From the NCBI RefSeq assembly GCF_964355755.1, contig NC_092671.1, positions 35,970,304 to 36,034,303 of the forward strand: a DNA stretch of 64,000 nucleotides. Reading direction: 5' to 3'. A program made the position numbers and the translations under genes. The notes under the pieces are model-generated. The model was not told the DNA's origin. It saw only the letters and a list, made by a program, of their open reading frames with translations, and searched no databases. This DNA comes from Antedon mediterranea (lineage: Eukaryota > Animalia > Echinodermata). This document shows, piece by piece, positions 37,201-47,765 of this stretch. Each line of letters starts with the position of its first letter. Positions within the stretch are counted from its first letter, which is position 1.

Positions 37201-37441
37201 TGTTGTTAAGACTATCAATATATTCATAGGCACAAGATTCAATATTTTCGGAAAATAATTGGGCATCGTTGTCATTAATAACATCTTTAAAATTAATATC
37301 AAAAGGGTTAAAAATTAAAGAATTAAATCTATCAAAGTCAATTCTATCGTCACAAAAGTAATAGTGAATGACATGCAAGAATTCATCATTATCAATAATG
37401 TGATTAAATGGGAATGCATCTATATTGTCAAAAGGGTCCAT
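34274..37441 (-). CDS. LINE ORF2p: apurinic-like endonuclease plus reverse transcriptase (1055 aa)
   Basis: EN motifs HLNARSL, FTETF, GDFN, TLIDNIF, SDHFPV; RT motifs YRPISLL, FLDLSKAFD, GVPQGSILGP, FADDT; no stops. Confidence 0.97.
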   Translation of the reverse strand: MDPFDNIDAFPFNHIIDNDEFLHVIHYYFCDDRIDFDRFNSLIFNPFDINFKDVINDNDAQLFSENIESCAYEYIDSLNNKYSTQDYSFSIFHLNARSLVKHFNDINVCVGAINHEFSALCFTETFFNHNTPFSFYNIPNYNLLHVSRADRPGGGVAIYLHQRFKYILRPDLSFIITNGSESLFIEIDAQPKNIILGVVYRLPELSINTFNKDISNLIDTINNEKKTAYIPGDFNINLLNSKTHKGTSDFVNTLFQSNYYPLITRPTRITRNSATLIDNIFCNNLYDNISSGILYSDISDHFPVFLLVHKSEPLQHLKPKSKYIYIKKVNDISISALSNDLSNVDWTSIYNSNEPNEAYALFNDIFSTLYNNNIKTTRSRRNIRKEKKPWITKCLIKSIDKKHKLYKTFLISKKQKDKDKYVKYRNVLTKILRTAQKNYFSDKFEFHKNNIQKTWQTINGVLGKKSRKPFPSHFINNDIELNNPQQIATEFNNYFTSIGPNLVNKIHVSDNDNYTSTLPRPCVHSLFLSPVTEHEVVSIILSLKDNKSPGFDGFSNKIIKRVSNFICKPLTHIFNTSFQTGIFPDSFKIAKVIPIYKKEDPHHFNNYRPISLLPCFSKLIEKIMHNRISSFLTKHNILFKGQYGFRKKYSTDLALLDIFDKITIALSKNEFSVGIFLDLSKAFDTINHDILIHKLSNYGIRGLPLKLIKSYLSNRVQFTSLNNFNSSYSRLTCGVPQGSILGPLLFLIFVNDIPNSSKLLNFILFADDTNIFFSHPKLNTLFKIVNDELLKVSNWLKHNKLTLNTFKTNYIIFSKRKISNSLNEQIYIDNKMIKRVNETQFLGVTIDASLTWKLHINKISNLVSRNVGILNKLKHIFPQKTLLTLYNTLVLPYLSYANLCWAITLDKFNTFCPWTSLEKTQIDRLFKLQKRALRICAGESFRAHTKLLFKRFNVLNIYDLNKLQVASFMYRLSNNLLPSHFNALFTRIDERHSYKTRSSVNNYILDNLNVKARRFSMYYFGPKLWTSLSNELKQKSSFSSFKSNFKHKMVSEYAT

Positions 37442-37886
37442 GAGAATATCTAACGATACATAATGTGATCAGTTTATTCAATAGTATGTAATAAAAGATG
37501 CCTGGTAATGTTACGTAAAAACAGAAAAGTACAAGAACGTAAATATAAAGAAACAAGTTAAGAATTGGGGGGTAACAATAAAACAAAGGTGAATAAATGG
37601 TTTTAAGTGGTTTAAACATCTTATGACAATGCAATTATGTGAGAACAGACTCCTGAAAACGCTATTGTAAAATTATTATGTAAAATCAATCAAGAGGCTT
37701 ATACAAATTAAGCAAAGTATGCAGATGTAAGGAAAATAATGGATAAAAGATTCTTAGTCTGTTGTAAAATTTAATAATGGATTGAATTTGTAAAGAAGAA
37801 ATGCTTCTTAGACAGTCCAAGTGTTTACAACAACATTCCGATCACTAGTATGGCAATGGAATTTCGAAAAGTTTACCGGAACTATT

Positions 37887-38579
37887 TCAATGGAATTTCG
37901 AAAAGTTTACCGGAATGCCAGTTGAATTTCGCCATTTTCCAGCCGTAAAACGAAGCTTGGTACCTTTATTGTACATCTCTTTTACTTGTGATCTCCATTT
38001 CTTTTTTTCCAGTAGATCGGCAGCAGTAAGATCATCTATGATATAAAATTTCTGGCTATCTAGCGCAGAACTTCGTTGTTTCATAACTTCAATCTTAGAA
38101 GCGTATGAGAGAAAACGGGCAATGATATGCCTTGGCTTGCCGTTCATACTTTTACCATCTCGGTGGGCCCGTTCGATTGTTGGCCTGGGATCGAGTGTGA
38201 AAAAATCGGAAAGAATGTTCTCAAAGATTAACTTACAGTTTTCTTTTGTGTTCTCTTCCACACCAACAATTCTTACGTTATTACGACGAGAAAAGCGTTC
38301 CGTCTTGTTAATTTTTGCCAACAGGTCAGTTGTACTACCTTGTAAATTAGCAACTGTTGTTGTCAGCTCTGTGACAGTCGTTTTTAATTCCTTGTTTTCA
38401 TCTTCAAGGGCATCTATTCTAGCAGAATTAAACGATATTGCTTCGTAAAGCTCAGCTTTATTAGATTCTTGGCCTTTTAAAATCGATTCAAGTTTTTTTT
38501 TAACAAACGATTCAAACGATAGCTGGTCTTCGCTTTCGAATTCAGCGGGCTTGGTATTTGCTCGTGTAGATCGTGACAT
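37887..38579 (-). CDS. LINE ORF1p, L1-ORF1/Transposase_22-like (coiled coil + RRM + CTD), 230 aa
   Basis: Heptad region RIDALEDENKELKTTVTELTTTV; RRNNVRIVGVEE; IERAHRDG; PRHIIARF; YIIDDLT. Confidence 0.92.
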   Translation of the reverse strand: MSRSTRANTKPAEFESEDQLSFESFVKKKLESILKGQESNKAELYEAISFNSARIDALEDENKELKTTVTELTTTVANLQGSTTDLLAKINKTERFSRRNNVRIVGVEENTKENCKLIFENILSDFFTLDPRPTIERAHRDGKSMNGKPRHIIARFLSYASKIEVMKQRSSALDSQKFYIIDDLTAADLLEKKKWRSQVKEMYNKGTKLRFTAGKWRNSTGIPVNFSKFH

Positions 38580-39365
38580 GGCTTGTCGTGATTGGCCTAG
38601 AGAAAATTAGTATGCTAAGTAGTGCGTTTCAGGAGCTCGTTGTGTAAGCGTCTTACTCCGATCGAATCATGGTGACTTACTGTCAACGTGTCAACGCTTC
38701 GTGTATCTTTCCAGGCCGTCGATCATTCACTGACTATCGGGCGGCATACACGCTCTCGATATCATCGTATGTATATGTGACGTCGTGAAATAGAGGCGTC
38801 CGACGGCCGTTGAAATAGAATATTGCAATGGCGTGAGTAATTTTCGCTAATTTACCATGGTATCTTAAAATTTCGTTTTTACTCAAAATACTTTACATTT
38901 TGTTTTTATTTGTGTGGGTTTGTGTTAATTTGATACATTTAAATAACATGTGTGAATTTCTTGAAAATCGAAATTCCATTTCAGGTCCATTTTAATGATC
39001 TCTAGTAATAACGTTTAGGCAGGTAAGTTCAATGGTATATATATAAGGTACTTTCTTTCTTTATTTACCCATAAATATAAATTATAAACATTGTAATAAT
39101 ATACAAATAATAATAACATTATAATATTGTGAATGTTTTGTTATTTAGCCAAAAAAACTTTTAAAATTTAAAATTATATTTTAAAAATTATAATTACATT
39201 TGGAAATTAATGCTGTCAATCGTTGTCGGAAATAATTGTCAATAATATTCAAGGGGCAATAATAGTAGGTCAACTGAAACAGAAAGTTAATTTAATTTGT
39301 TATTGAATATTAAATTAAAAGGTTTTTAAATATTTCTTATACTTCTATTTATATTTAAGAAATAA

Positions 39366-39673
39366 AGATATATTGTCACCCTAAACATTTTTTTCTTCAA
39401 ATTTTTGTTTGGATATGCCATTTTAATGTCACGTAATAGTGACTCGAATCGAAACAAATTATTTACCTGGAAAAATATAACTTAAAACAAAAAAATACTT
39501 AAATTGTCTGTCAGACAATGGTTTTTGGTTAAAATTAACCATTTATTTTGTCTTTTTTTAATTAATTTTTTTTTTACATTTTTTGAATAACTTTATTCAA
39601 ACTGCAAAATGGCCTATTTAAAGTTTGATTTTATTAATCTTTATTTTTCATGTTTTTGGGGGACAATACATCT
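39366..39673. mobile_element. Kolobok-type MITE family D copy
   Basis: agatatattgtcaccc ... gggggacaatacatct; TSDs decayed. Confidence 0.8.
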
Positions 39674-39955
39674 TTATATTATATAATACATAAAATAAAG
39701 AAAAATTAATCAATATCAGTTGAATCTTGCACCAATGTGACAAATTTGATTAGTCTCCCAATTAAAATAAAAAGTTAATAAATTATTATTTTTTGATTTC
39801 AAATTAAACTATTAATAATCATAAATATTAATATAAAAAGAGTAACAATTTCGAAAGAAAATGTTTTAGTGTTCCGATCCAAAGTTGAACATGTTTCAAA
39901 TTGTTAAAAACATTGATAGTGAATTTAGGGATGAAAGCATGGGTAAATGATAATA

Positions 39956-40195
39956 TGGAGTTGTGGCTTGGTGGTTATGATGCTTGGCTACCACTCCAAG
40001 GGTCCTGGGTTCAAGTCCCGTCACATGTCAGGATTTTTTCTAAGGAACAAATTCTCCACTCCCAAAGACTTGTAATAAGACTTTGTTTATGTAGAGCATC
40101 TTGTGTATATGTTTGTCTTGTGAACCTCTGAGGGTCCCTAATGATCAGCAATAGCTGGATGGATCACCCATTTTTTAATTTTTAAAAAAAAATTT
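39956..40195 (+). mobile_element. tRNA-derived SINE (family 2)
   Basis: A box tggcttggtgg, B box ggttcaagtcc, LINE-like tail ggtccctaatgatcagc...gctggatggatcaccc; relatives at 44924-45330 (+) and 43815-43916 (-). Confidence 0.7.
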
Positions 40196-40666
40196 AAAAA
40201 AAAAAATTTGTCAACCGCCACATAGCTGAATGAATGCATCAGGTGATGTACCGTGAGAAGACATAACAGGTAAAACAGGTAAACTAAAACCAGATGAAAA
40301 GAATAACTACTAATTGGTAAAACATGTTTAACTTATTAGAATTAGTCACACCATTTCGTCCACATTGCTTTCTAACAAGCTACATATTCCAAAAACCCGT
40401 CACATCAAATTATTTCAACCATTTCCCCGAAGAAAGTGTTATGAAATTGTTATAATCTTTTTTATTTGATTTGCGATAATTGGTAACTACGGTGATATTA
40501 CGCATCAGTGATGTTAAAATTGTGATTGAAAATGGAGTTGAAGTGAACGGAATGATCTGAAGTTAATGTGAAAACAAACTGATAACTTTCACCATGGACT
40601 TTTAACTTACACCCGCCAATCAGTACCAATATCCTGAAATTGAAATCATAATTATTTAGAGATTTC

Positions 40667-41051
40667 AGCTCTGTCTTAGTTTATACACTATTAAACTTTA
40701 TGTGACAAAAAAAATTTCATGTGCCCATGGACATGATGATGTCACATCACTACCATATTTAGGTATATCACTACCATATTTAGGCATATAAAATTTGGTT
40801 TTTTTTTGTCACATTAGTTATTAGTTAGAAAAAAACTTTATATTTCCAAATGTTTTTGATTAAGAAAAAAAGTATTTTACAATACAATGTGTTTAGAATA
40901 TCTTTATACCAAAAACTAAGTAGAAACAACCATTATTTATTATTATTTTAAAAATTTGAGTTACAAAATGGATGAAGCCTTAGACCACAATATACTGTTT
41001 GAATGGACATTTATTTTTTTGTCAAACTAGTTTGATAGTGTAGACACAGTT
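40667..41051. mobile_element. MITE family A copy interrupted by a duplicate of adjacent sequence
   Basis: Body at 40667-40815, right TIR at 41013-41051; the intervening ~40885-41010 matches 41108-41220. Confidence 0.6.
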
Positions 41052-41689
41052 TTAGGAAAACAACTGGATACTATCAAATGTTTTTGAGAAAGCATAAATA
41101 CAGTACATTATGTGTTTAGAATATCATACCAAAAACTAAGTAGAAACATTAAAAAAAAAAGGGTTTTTAGCTGCAAAATGGATAAGCCTCAGACTACAGG
41201 ATACTGTATGAATGGACATAGGCACCAGACGTGACATTTAACAAGTGTGATGGTGACCATTGCACACATCCTTTGGCAAGCCTAGTTTGTCCAGGTGACA
41301 TTGCTGAGGAAATCAAACAGACAGGTGTTCTATTTATTCTGAATAAGTAATCATTTTGCTGCAGGAACTAGTAACTAAATGATGTAATCAAATTCTTAGA
41401 GATCAATTTTAATAAACAAATGAAGATGGAGTAACATTTCATATTCTTTAAAAGAACAGTCCCATTCAGACACAAGCTTTGGACATCGTATACAATGCAG
41501 AGTAACTTAAACCATTGACGATGTTCTAACTCTGACATAAATCTACCAAGAGTGTATTCTACTTTCTCCATCTACTGAGTTTTACTACAATTATATCCAA
41601 TTAGACAAAGCCTTTCCTATTTGATGCTTTGATAGAGAAAAATGTTGTTTTAATTCAGTATGAATGAAATGGTTCTTGCCAAAATGGTT

Positions 41690-42352
41690 CTTGCCATAAT
41701 CATAATACAAGATCTAAGGACAAAATGAGACTCAGAAAACGTAATCGTACTTCTACTAGTTTTACTGTGTCATGTGTGGAACCCAAATTGTGGAATGACT
41801 TGAATTACGAACTACAAGGTACCAACTCATTAAATACATTGTTTAAAGAACATTTATTATCATTTTACAAATAATTTAAAAAATAATACTTGTTGCAGGA
41901 TTTAGCTTATGTTATTATTTAAGTATTAGTTTTTAGGCTAGTTAGGGACGTAGGGGGACACAACTTATCAAGCTAGTTAGGGACGTAGGGGGACACAACT
42001 TATCAAGCTAGTTAGGGACGTAGGGGGACACAACTTATCAAGCTAGTTAGGGACGTAGGGGGACACAACTTATCAAGCTAGTTAGGGACGTAGGGGGACA
42101 CAACTTATCAAGCTAGTTAGGGACGTAGGGGGACACAACTAATCAAGCTAGTTAGGGACGTAGGGGGACACAACTTATCAAGCTAGTTAGGGACGTAGGG
42201 GGACACAACTTATCAAGCTAGTTAGGGACGTAGGGGGACACAACTTATCAAGCTCTTTTTAGTTTTTATGTTTTCCTTTTCATCTTTTTATTATGTATTC
42301 TTATATTGTTGTATTTCACAATGTTTGATGAATAAAGAATATTTGATTTGAT
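41690..42352 (+). mobile_element. CR1-type LINE 3' fragment
   Basis: Reads HNHNTRSKDKMRLRKRNRTSTSFTVSCVEPKLWNDL, aligning with the ORF2 end of the intact LINE (HSYKTRS...GPKLW); ends aataaa...(tttga)2. Confidence 0.75.
41937..42254 (+). repeat. 35-bp minisatellite x9
   Basis: gctagttagggacgtagggggacacaacttatcaa, near-identical units with one substitution seen. Confidence 0.95.
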
Positions 42353-43689
42353 ATGAGTAATATTAGATATCATTTGATTCACTATCTAGTACTCTTTCCA
42401 AAAAGAATTTGTTTAAAAGATCTCCAGTATACTACCTCCTCACCATCTTCTGTAAGATTTCTCTAGATATCTCAACCAAAGTCGAGGTAATAGTAAAGAA
42501 GGTTGTGACATAAAGTCGTAAATTTGAATGAAAAAAAACCAGTGCGATATAGTTGGTCATGAAGATATCAAAACAAGAATCTATATTTATAACCTAATCC
42601 TATCTTTTTAACTATGATTTTTGACAATTATTTCTTGGTGATGTACATAGTATGTTGAAAGAATGGAAATATGCGAATGCATGATAAACTCTTGACCATA
42701 ATTCTTTTAATAAGGTGAGCAAGACTATGATTAAAAGACTTTTGAACATAGAATAAAGTAACAAACTTAAGTATAAAAGGAAATCCCAAATATAAATCCA
42801 TTTAATCATTTACTTTGTACAATTATATATTTTTAGAAAAAAAAAATTATGTTACTAAAATTTAACCTTGTTATTCTACAGACAGAAAAGCTATTTGACC
42901 ACAACAGTGTTGTGGTTAAAATGTTAGATGGTGATACAGAATTTCACCGGCAATACAATGAGGAGGAGGATTACTGTAGTTCACTCTTTTCATGAATCAG
43001 CTAAATTAAAAAAAGGTAAAAGTAGGCAAAATATAAGCACATAAAAATAGCAAGAGAGGACTGTATTCAGGGGACAGACTTATTAAGGGACACTTTACCA
43101 CATAAATGATGGTAATGTGTTTTAACACTACAGCCAACCAATATTTAGAGGAAATTTTACTGGATCCTGAATGTGGCCCTTTAATAGGGGTTTAACTGTA
43201 TTCTGTTTTCAAAATAACTTTTATGTATTGTATGTAATAAATGTATGTATAATTTTAATTAAAGCATTGTTTAAAGATAGGTATATGTGAAGGTAAAGTT
43301 TGGCTGACAGTATAACACGTTTATAGTCCTAATTGTTCAGGGTTTTTGTAACCAAGTTTCTAACATTACTCACTGCCCGCAATCAAAACAGCTGGCCTAG
43401 GAATTGCCATTATACAATTAACATGTTTGTTAAATGCAATGTTGATAAGCTCCGATTCATCCCATTTCAATTATGTCAACTTATTTACCTAAGTTTGTAA
43501 TTAGTGTTACTGTCAATCTATATTTACACACACCTGTTTCCATAGAAACGTGATTCTTTTGATGACCGAGGCAATAAACTTGGATTAAACTCCACGATTG
43601 CTTAATCTGACTGTAAAGTATCTAATAATACAAATGAGTGATTGAATAAAAAGTTTTATTGGGTTGAAATAATGCTAACAAGGTGTTTA

Positions 43690-43765
43690 AGCTTTACTTA
43701 CACTATCAAATTTTATGTGACAAAAAATGTGATATGCCCATATATGGACATGATGACATCATATC
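43690..43765. mobile_element. MITE family A, truncated
   Basis: Left half only. Confidence 0.6.
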
Positions 43766-43814
43766 TTGCTTGTAAACTAAGTCTCATTTGAGGCTTAGAG
43801 AGTGCAGTTAAAAG

Positions 43815-43916
43815 AGTAAAATCCTGGCACTAGGTCAAGATTGAACCCTGGACCAGTCCAGAATTGAACCCTAGACCTTGGGATTGGAAGGCAAGCATGT
43901 TAACCACCAAGCTACA
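43815..43916 (-). mobile_element. SINE family 2 head fragment
   Basis: Minus strand tgtagcttggtggttaacatgcttg...agggttcaat...caggatttt. Confidence 0.55.
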
Positions 43917-44380
43917 GTACAGCTACAATACAATTTGATGGATCTCTTGGTATTAAGTGCATGTCAAAGATATAATACAGTGGAAAATGGTAAATGGAGG
44001 ATAAATTAAAATAATCTCATAGTTCAATATAATAATAGCAATAATATCTGGTCAAATTATCAAGTAATTAGATGCGAGAGTAAAAAATGTTCAATATAAT
44101 GTTGTTCTATAATTAGCTGCTCACTAATACTTTAAATCCGTTTCCGTAAGGAGGCGTAGAAATGTAATGGCATAGAAGCCATAACCAGTCCTTCACCTCT
44201 AAGCCTAACAGACAGACATAATAGATACCCTTCACATCCTGTTGTAGCCGCACCACCCTCCCTAGAGGCGTACACAAAAACCAACTTATAAGCCTTCAAT
44301 TACGCTCATCCTTACAAAACTGGCAGACAAACACGTACAAATTGTGTACAAATGTGAACATTTTTTAAACAATTGTATTA

Positions 44381-44671
44381 AGCTCTGTTTACACATGGAG
44401 AAATAATGGTCTGCACTATCAAACTAATTTTACAAAAAAAAGTGATATGCCCAAATATGGTAGTGATATGCCCAAATATGGTACTGGTACTGATAACATC
44501 ATCATATATGGGCACATCATATATGGGCACATCACATTTTTTTATCACATAAAGTATGATGTGCCCAAAGATGGTAGTGATATGCCCAAATATGGTAGTC
44601 ATTTGACATCATCATGTCCATATATGGGCACATCACATTTTTTTGTCACATAAAGTTTGTAGACAAAGGCT
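44381..44671. mobile_element. MITE family A copy with internal duplications
   Basis: Repeated gtgatatgcccaaatatggtagt and catatatgggcacatca modules between family A ends. Confidence 0.75.
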
Positions 44672-44923
44672 TTACTAATGTAACAACTCAAACTAAAGAA
44701 ATGTGAATGCAATTCCTTACATAATATTGTAGTAAAATTAATGATATACAGTAATTATATGGATACACTTTACTAACTTGTCATGCTATTTTTACTCTAT
44801 TAAAGGTGGCTATTAATTATGATGTAAAGTTATTTTAAAACTTATATAGTCTCTTTTCAAAATCTTGTTTTATATTCATTCATATTCTGTATTTATGTAA
44901 AAATGTAAAATAAACTAATGGAG

Positions 44924-45330
44924 TGGAGTTGTGGCTTGGTGGTTATGATTCTCGGCAACAGTAGTAATCCAAGGGTCCATTCAATGGTTCAAGCCATTAA
45001 ACTTTTTTAACAAAAATTACAAACGATGACAATTATACGCGAAATATACTGTAAATAGTTCTGCATTTTATTGTTTTTATATTATATCAAATATTGTAAT
45101 GTAATTTCAATTGTTGTTCTGTAAATTTTAATGCAAGAATAAAATTTGAATCTTGGGTCCTGGGTTCAAGTCATGTCATGTCAGGATTTGTTCTAATGAC
45201 AATGACGATTTACAAATCCCCAATAAGTATCTTGTGTATATGTGGACAGGATTGCCACCTTTACGAATGATAGTGAATTAATTCGCTTCTGGTTATCCTT
45301 CACAATATGCCTAAATAAATTTTTTTTTTT
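44924..45330 (+). mobile_element. SINE family 2 copy, rearranged
   Basis: tggagttgtggcttggtggttatgat head, then gggtcctgggttcaagtc...tgtcaggattt resumes at ~45155. Confidence 0.55.
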
Positions 45331-45630
45331 AAATAAATAAATAAAATTTTACTTTAAATATTAGAATCAAAATATGAAAATGCAATAAATCACTTTAGAA
45401 GATGATAGATAAAAGCATGGTATTTGTTTTTCTTGGATGTGTTTAAGGCTAGCATCCGGTTGCGCAAGTTCACATAAGCCGAAAGATTACTGAAATGGAT
45501 GCACAGAAGCTTATTGTGATCCTACAACCTGTCTGAAACTAGGCTACAGTATTGCATCAAACAAACACTGTATTCAGCTAGCAGGAAATATCACATTACT
45601 ACTATTTTACATTTATTTGTTGATATTTAA

Positions 45631-45927
45631 AGATATATTGTACATTTTTTTAAAATATGCAATTTTAATGTTACATAATAATTGACCAAAAACTGGATCG
45701 AAAACAAAATTATTTTCCTGGAAAAAATGTAATTTAAAGCAAAATGTACCTAAATTGTCTGTCAGACAATGGTTTTTGGTTACAATTAAACGCTTCTTTT
45801 GTCTTTGTAAAGTAAAATAATAATAATTTTACAGAAGTGAATAACTTAATTAAAACTGTAAAATTGTCTATTTAAAGTCTGATTTTAATTATCTTCATTT
45901 TTTATGTTTTTGGGAGACAATACATCT
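45631..45927. mobile_element. Kolobok-type MITE family D copy
   Basis: TTAA agatatattgt ... gacaatacatct TTAA. Confidence 0.85.
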
Positions 45928-46797
45928 TTAAAGTATTAAATATTGCAAAACAAAGTACAACTTTTAAAAGATCGAATAAATAAGTATTTTCCTATTTTCT
46001 GACATAAACGAACATTACACGTATGTGATCTTAGCAGCACATTGAATACATTCTGTTTATATTCTTCAACAATTTCAATTTGAAATAAAATTAATAATAA
46101 TAATAATGTATTTTGGTAGTATTTCATTTTTATGAAAAAAAAACAACTTTGATAATTTCTTTTATCAAACCAGATGAACATTTATAATCTTCTAAATTAG
46201 TGAAAAAACTTTTAGATTACTGTAGATGGATTTTTCCTTTATGCGAGTTGTGATTTGTAGTCAGAATGGTTTCAGTACAAAAAACAAAATAATAATTCAG
46301 CACTATCAAAAATAAAAGTAATATGAATTATAAAATATAGGTTACAAAAGCCATTTAATTTACAAAATGCAATCCAAAAAATATTGCCTAATCCCAGCAA
46401 AGTGTTCTATAATCCTAACAACAGTGGCAATCTACCACATAGTATTTGTTATGTTGCAGCTATATCTTATCTATAGATATTATAGGTCCCAGAACAATAA
46501 TTTAATGGTCAACAAACAGGTTTGAAAACGGGCAACTTTTGCAACAAACAACAAAAGAGTTATAAACCTTTTTTGAACCACAGGAAACCGTGACAAAGAT
46601 AATATAATTCATTTTGTAATTTTTGTTTTAAGAATCCTATAACACATCCATATAAAGAAATGAATTTGTTACAAACTTCTTAATTTTAATATAGCAAGTC
46701 TCAGGAAGGAACAAAACATAGTGTTGTTAGGCTCCAGCTGTATGCTTGCAAACATAATAGTATAAGCCACGGAATTACGGTACATACACATTATTTA

Positions 46798-46936
46798 AGG
46801 CCAACTCAGACAGCGTCGTACGACAAGGCCTGATGAAACATCTTGACTCGACTTAGTGTGAGACTTAGATTTTAGGTCGTCGCGAGAACTTTAAACATTG
46901 TCAGGTTTCGTCATACGACGCTGTCTGAGTTGGCCT
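46798..46936. mobile_element. Young Harbinger-like MITE
   Basis: 27-bp TIRs aggccaactcagacagcgtcgta.gac with one mismatch; TTA on both sides. Confidence 0.85.
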
Positions 46937-47624
46937 TTAAAGACCAATTACCATCACAGTATTTCCAACTTAATTTAAAAACTTGATCTGTACAAGATTA
47001 CTACTAGTACATTGTACTTTTTGTTCCAACTAGTCGCCATGAGACGCCAAAACTGTGGAACAATTGTTCCAATTCTATCTATTCACCTTTAATTCGGCTG
47101 TAACAAATTTATTTTCTGATATTTTTATTCCGAAAACATTAATTGAAAAATGTATGGATTATTTCTAACAGCTGACAGAAACTTGGATTAGAAAGCAATA
47201 AACGAAAGAGAAGTCTATTTAATCAATCAGTACTTTTGTCTGAATCAGATCTTGCATTTCAATTCTCGTGAGAAAAAAAAATCTTGAAATTAAACCACAA
47301 TTTTCATTGAAATCGTAGCGAAAATGTCAAATGAGACGATATTAAATTATAAATGACAAACATTGGTGTGGAATATTTTGTATAGGATGCTATAATTGAT
47401 TTAATCTCTTATTGCTAATGTAAAGATCTTATCAAAAGACATCCATAGCAATTATTTCCAGAGCAATGTGACAAAATATGTCATCAGTGTTTAGCCAGCA
47501 AAATAATGATCTATTGAGATCAATAAACAAAACCTTGTTTTACAAGAACTGTCAGGAAGTAAATTATATAGTGAATCAAAATGGTTTTATACAAATTAAA
47601 TTGAAAGAATAGTTCTATACTAAT

Positions 47625-47765
47625 GCTCTGTCTACATTATCCAACTTTATGTGACAAAAAAAATTGTATGTACCCATATATGGACATGATGATGTTTATC
47701 ACTACCATGTTTAGGCATATCACTACCATGTTTGGGCATATCAATGCCATATTTGGGCACACTAA
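47625..47765. mobile_element. MITE family A, right end missing
   Basis: gctctgtctacattatccaactttatgtgac...cactaccat repeats. Confidence 0.7.

Larger units (their letters stand above)
33824..38680 (-). mobile_element. Full-length CR1/L2-group LINE with two intact ORFs
   Basis: ORF1, 445-bp spacer, ORF2, ~450-bp 3' UTR ending aataaa(cgaaa)3; 5' UTR contains ggagtaagacgc...gagctcc; 5' boundary approximate; no TSD seen. Confidence 0.9.
33003..38991. mobile_element. Non-autonomous Kolobok-type element (~1.1 kb of its own sequence) carrying a nested full-length LINE
   Basis: TTAA at 32999-33002 and 38992-38995; TIRs aatggacctgaaatggattttcgatttt / aaaatcgaaattccatttcaggtccatt. Confidence 0.85.

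Noticed and set aside
34222-38448. Short ORFs overlapping or antisense to LINE ORF1/ORF2
   Set aside because: Shadow frames of the real coding sequence.
41937-42254. 35-bp repeat of CRISPR-like length
   Set aside because: Head-to-tail units with no unique spacers; it is a minisatellite.
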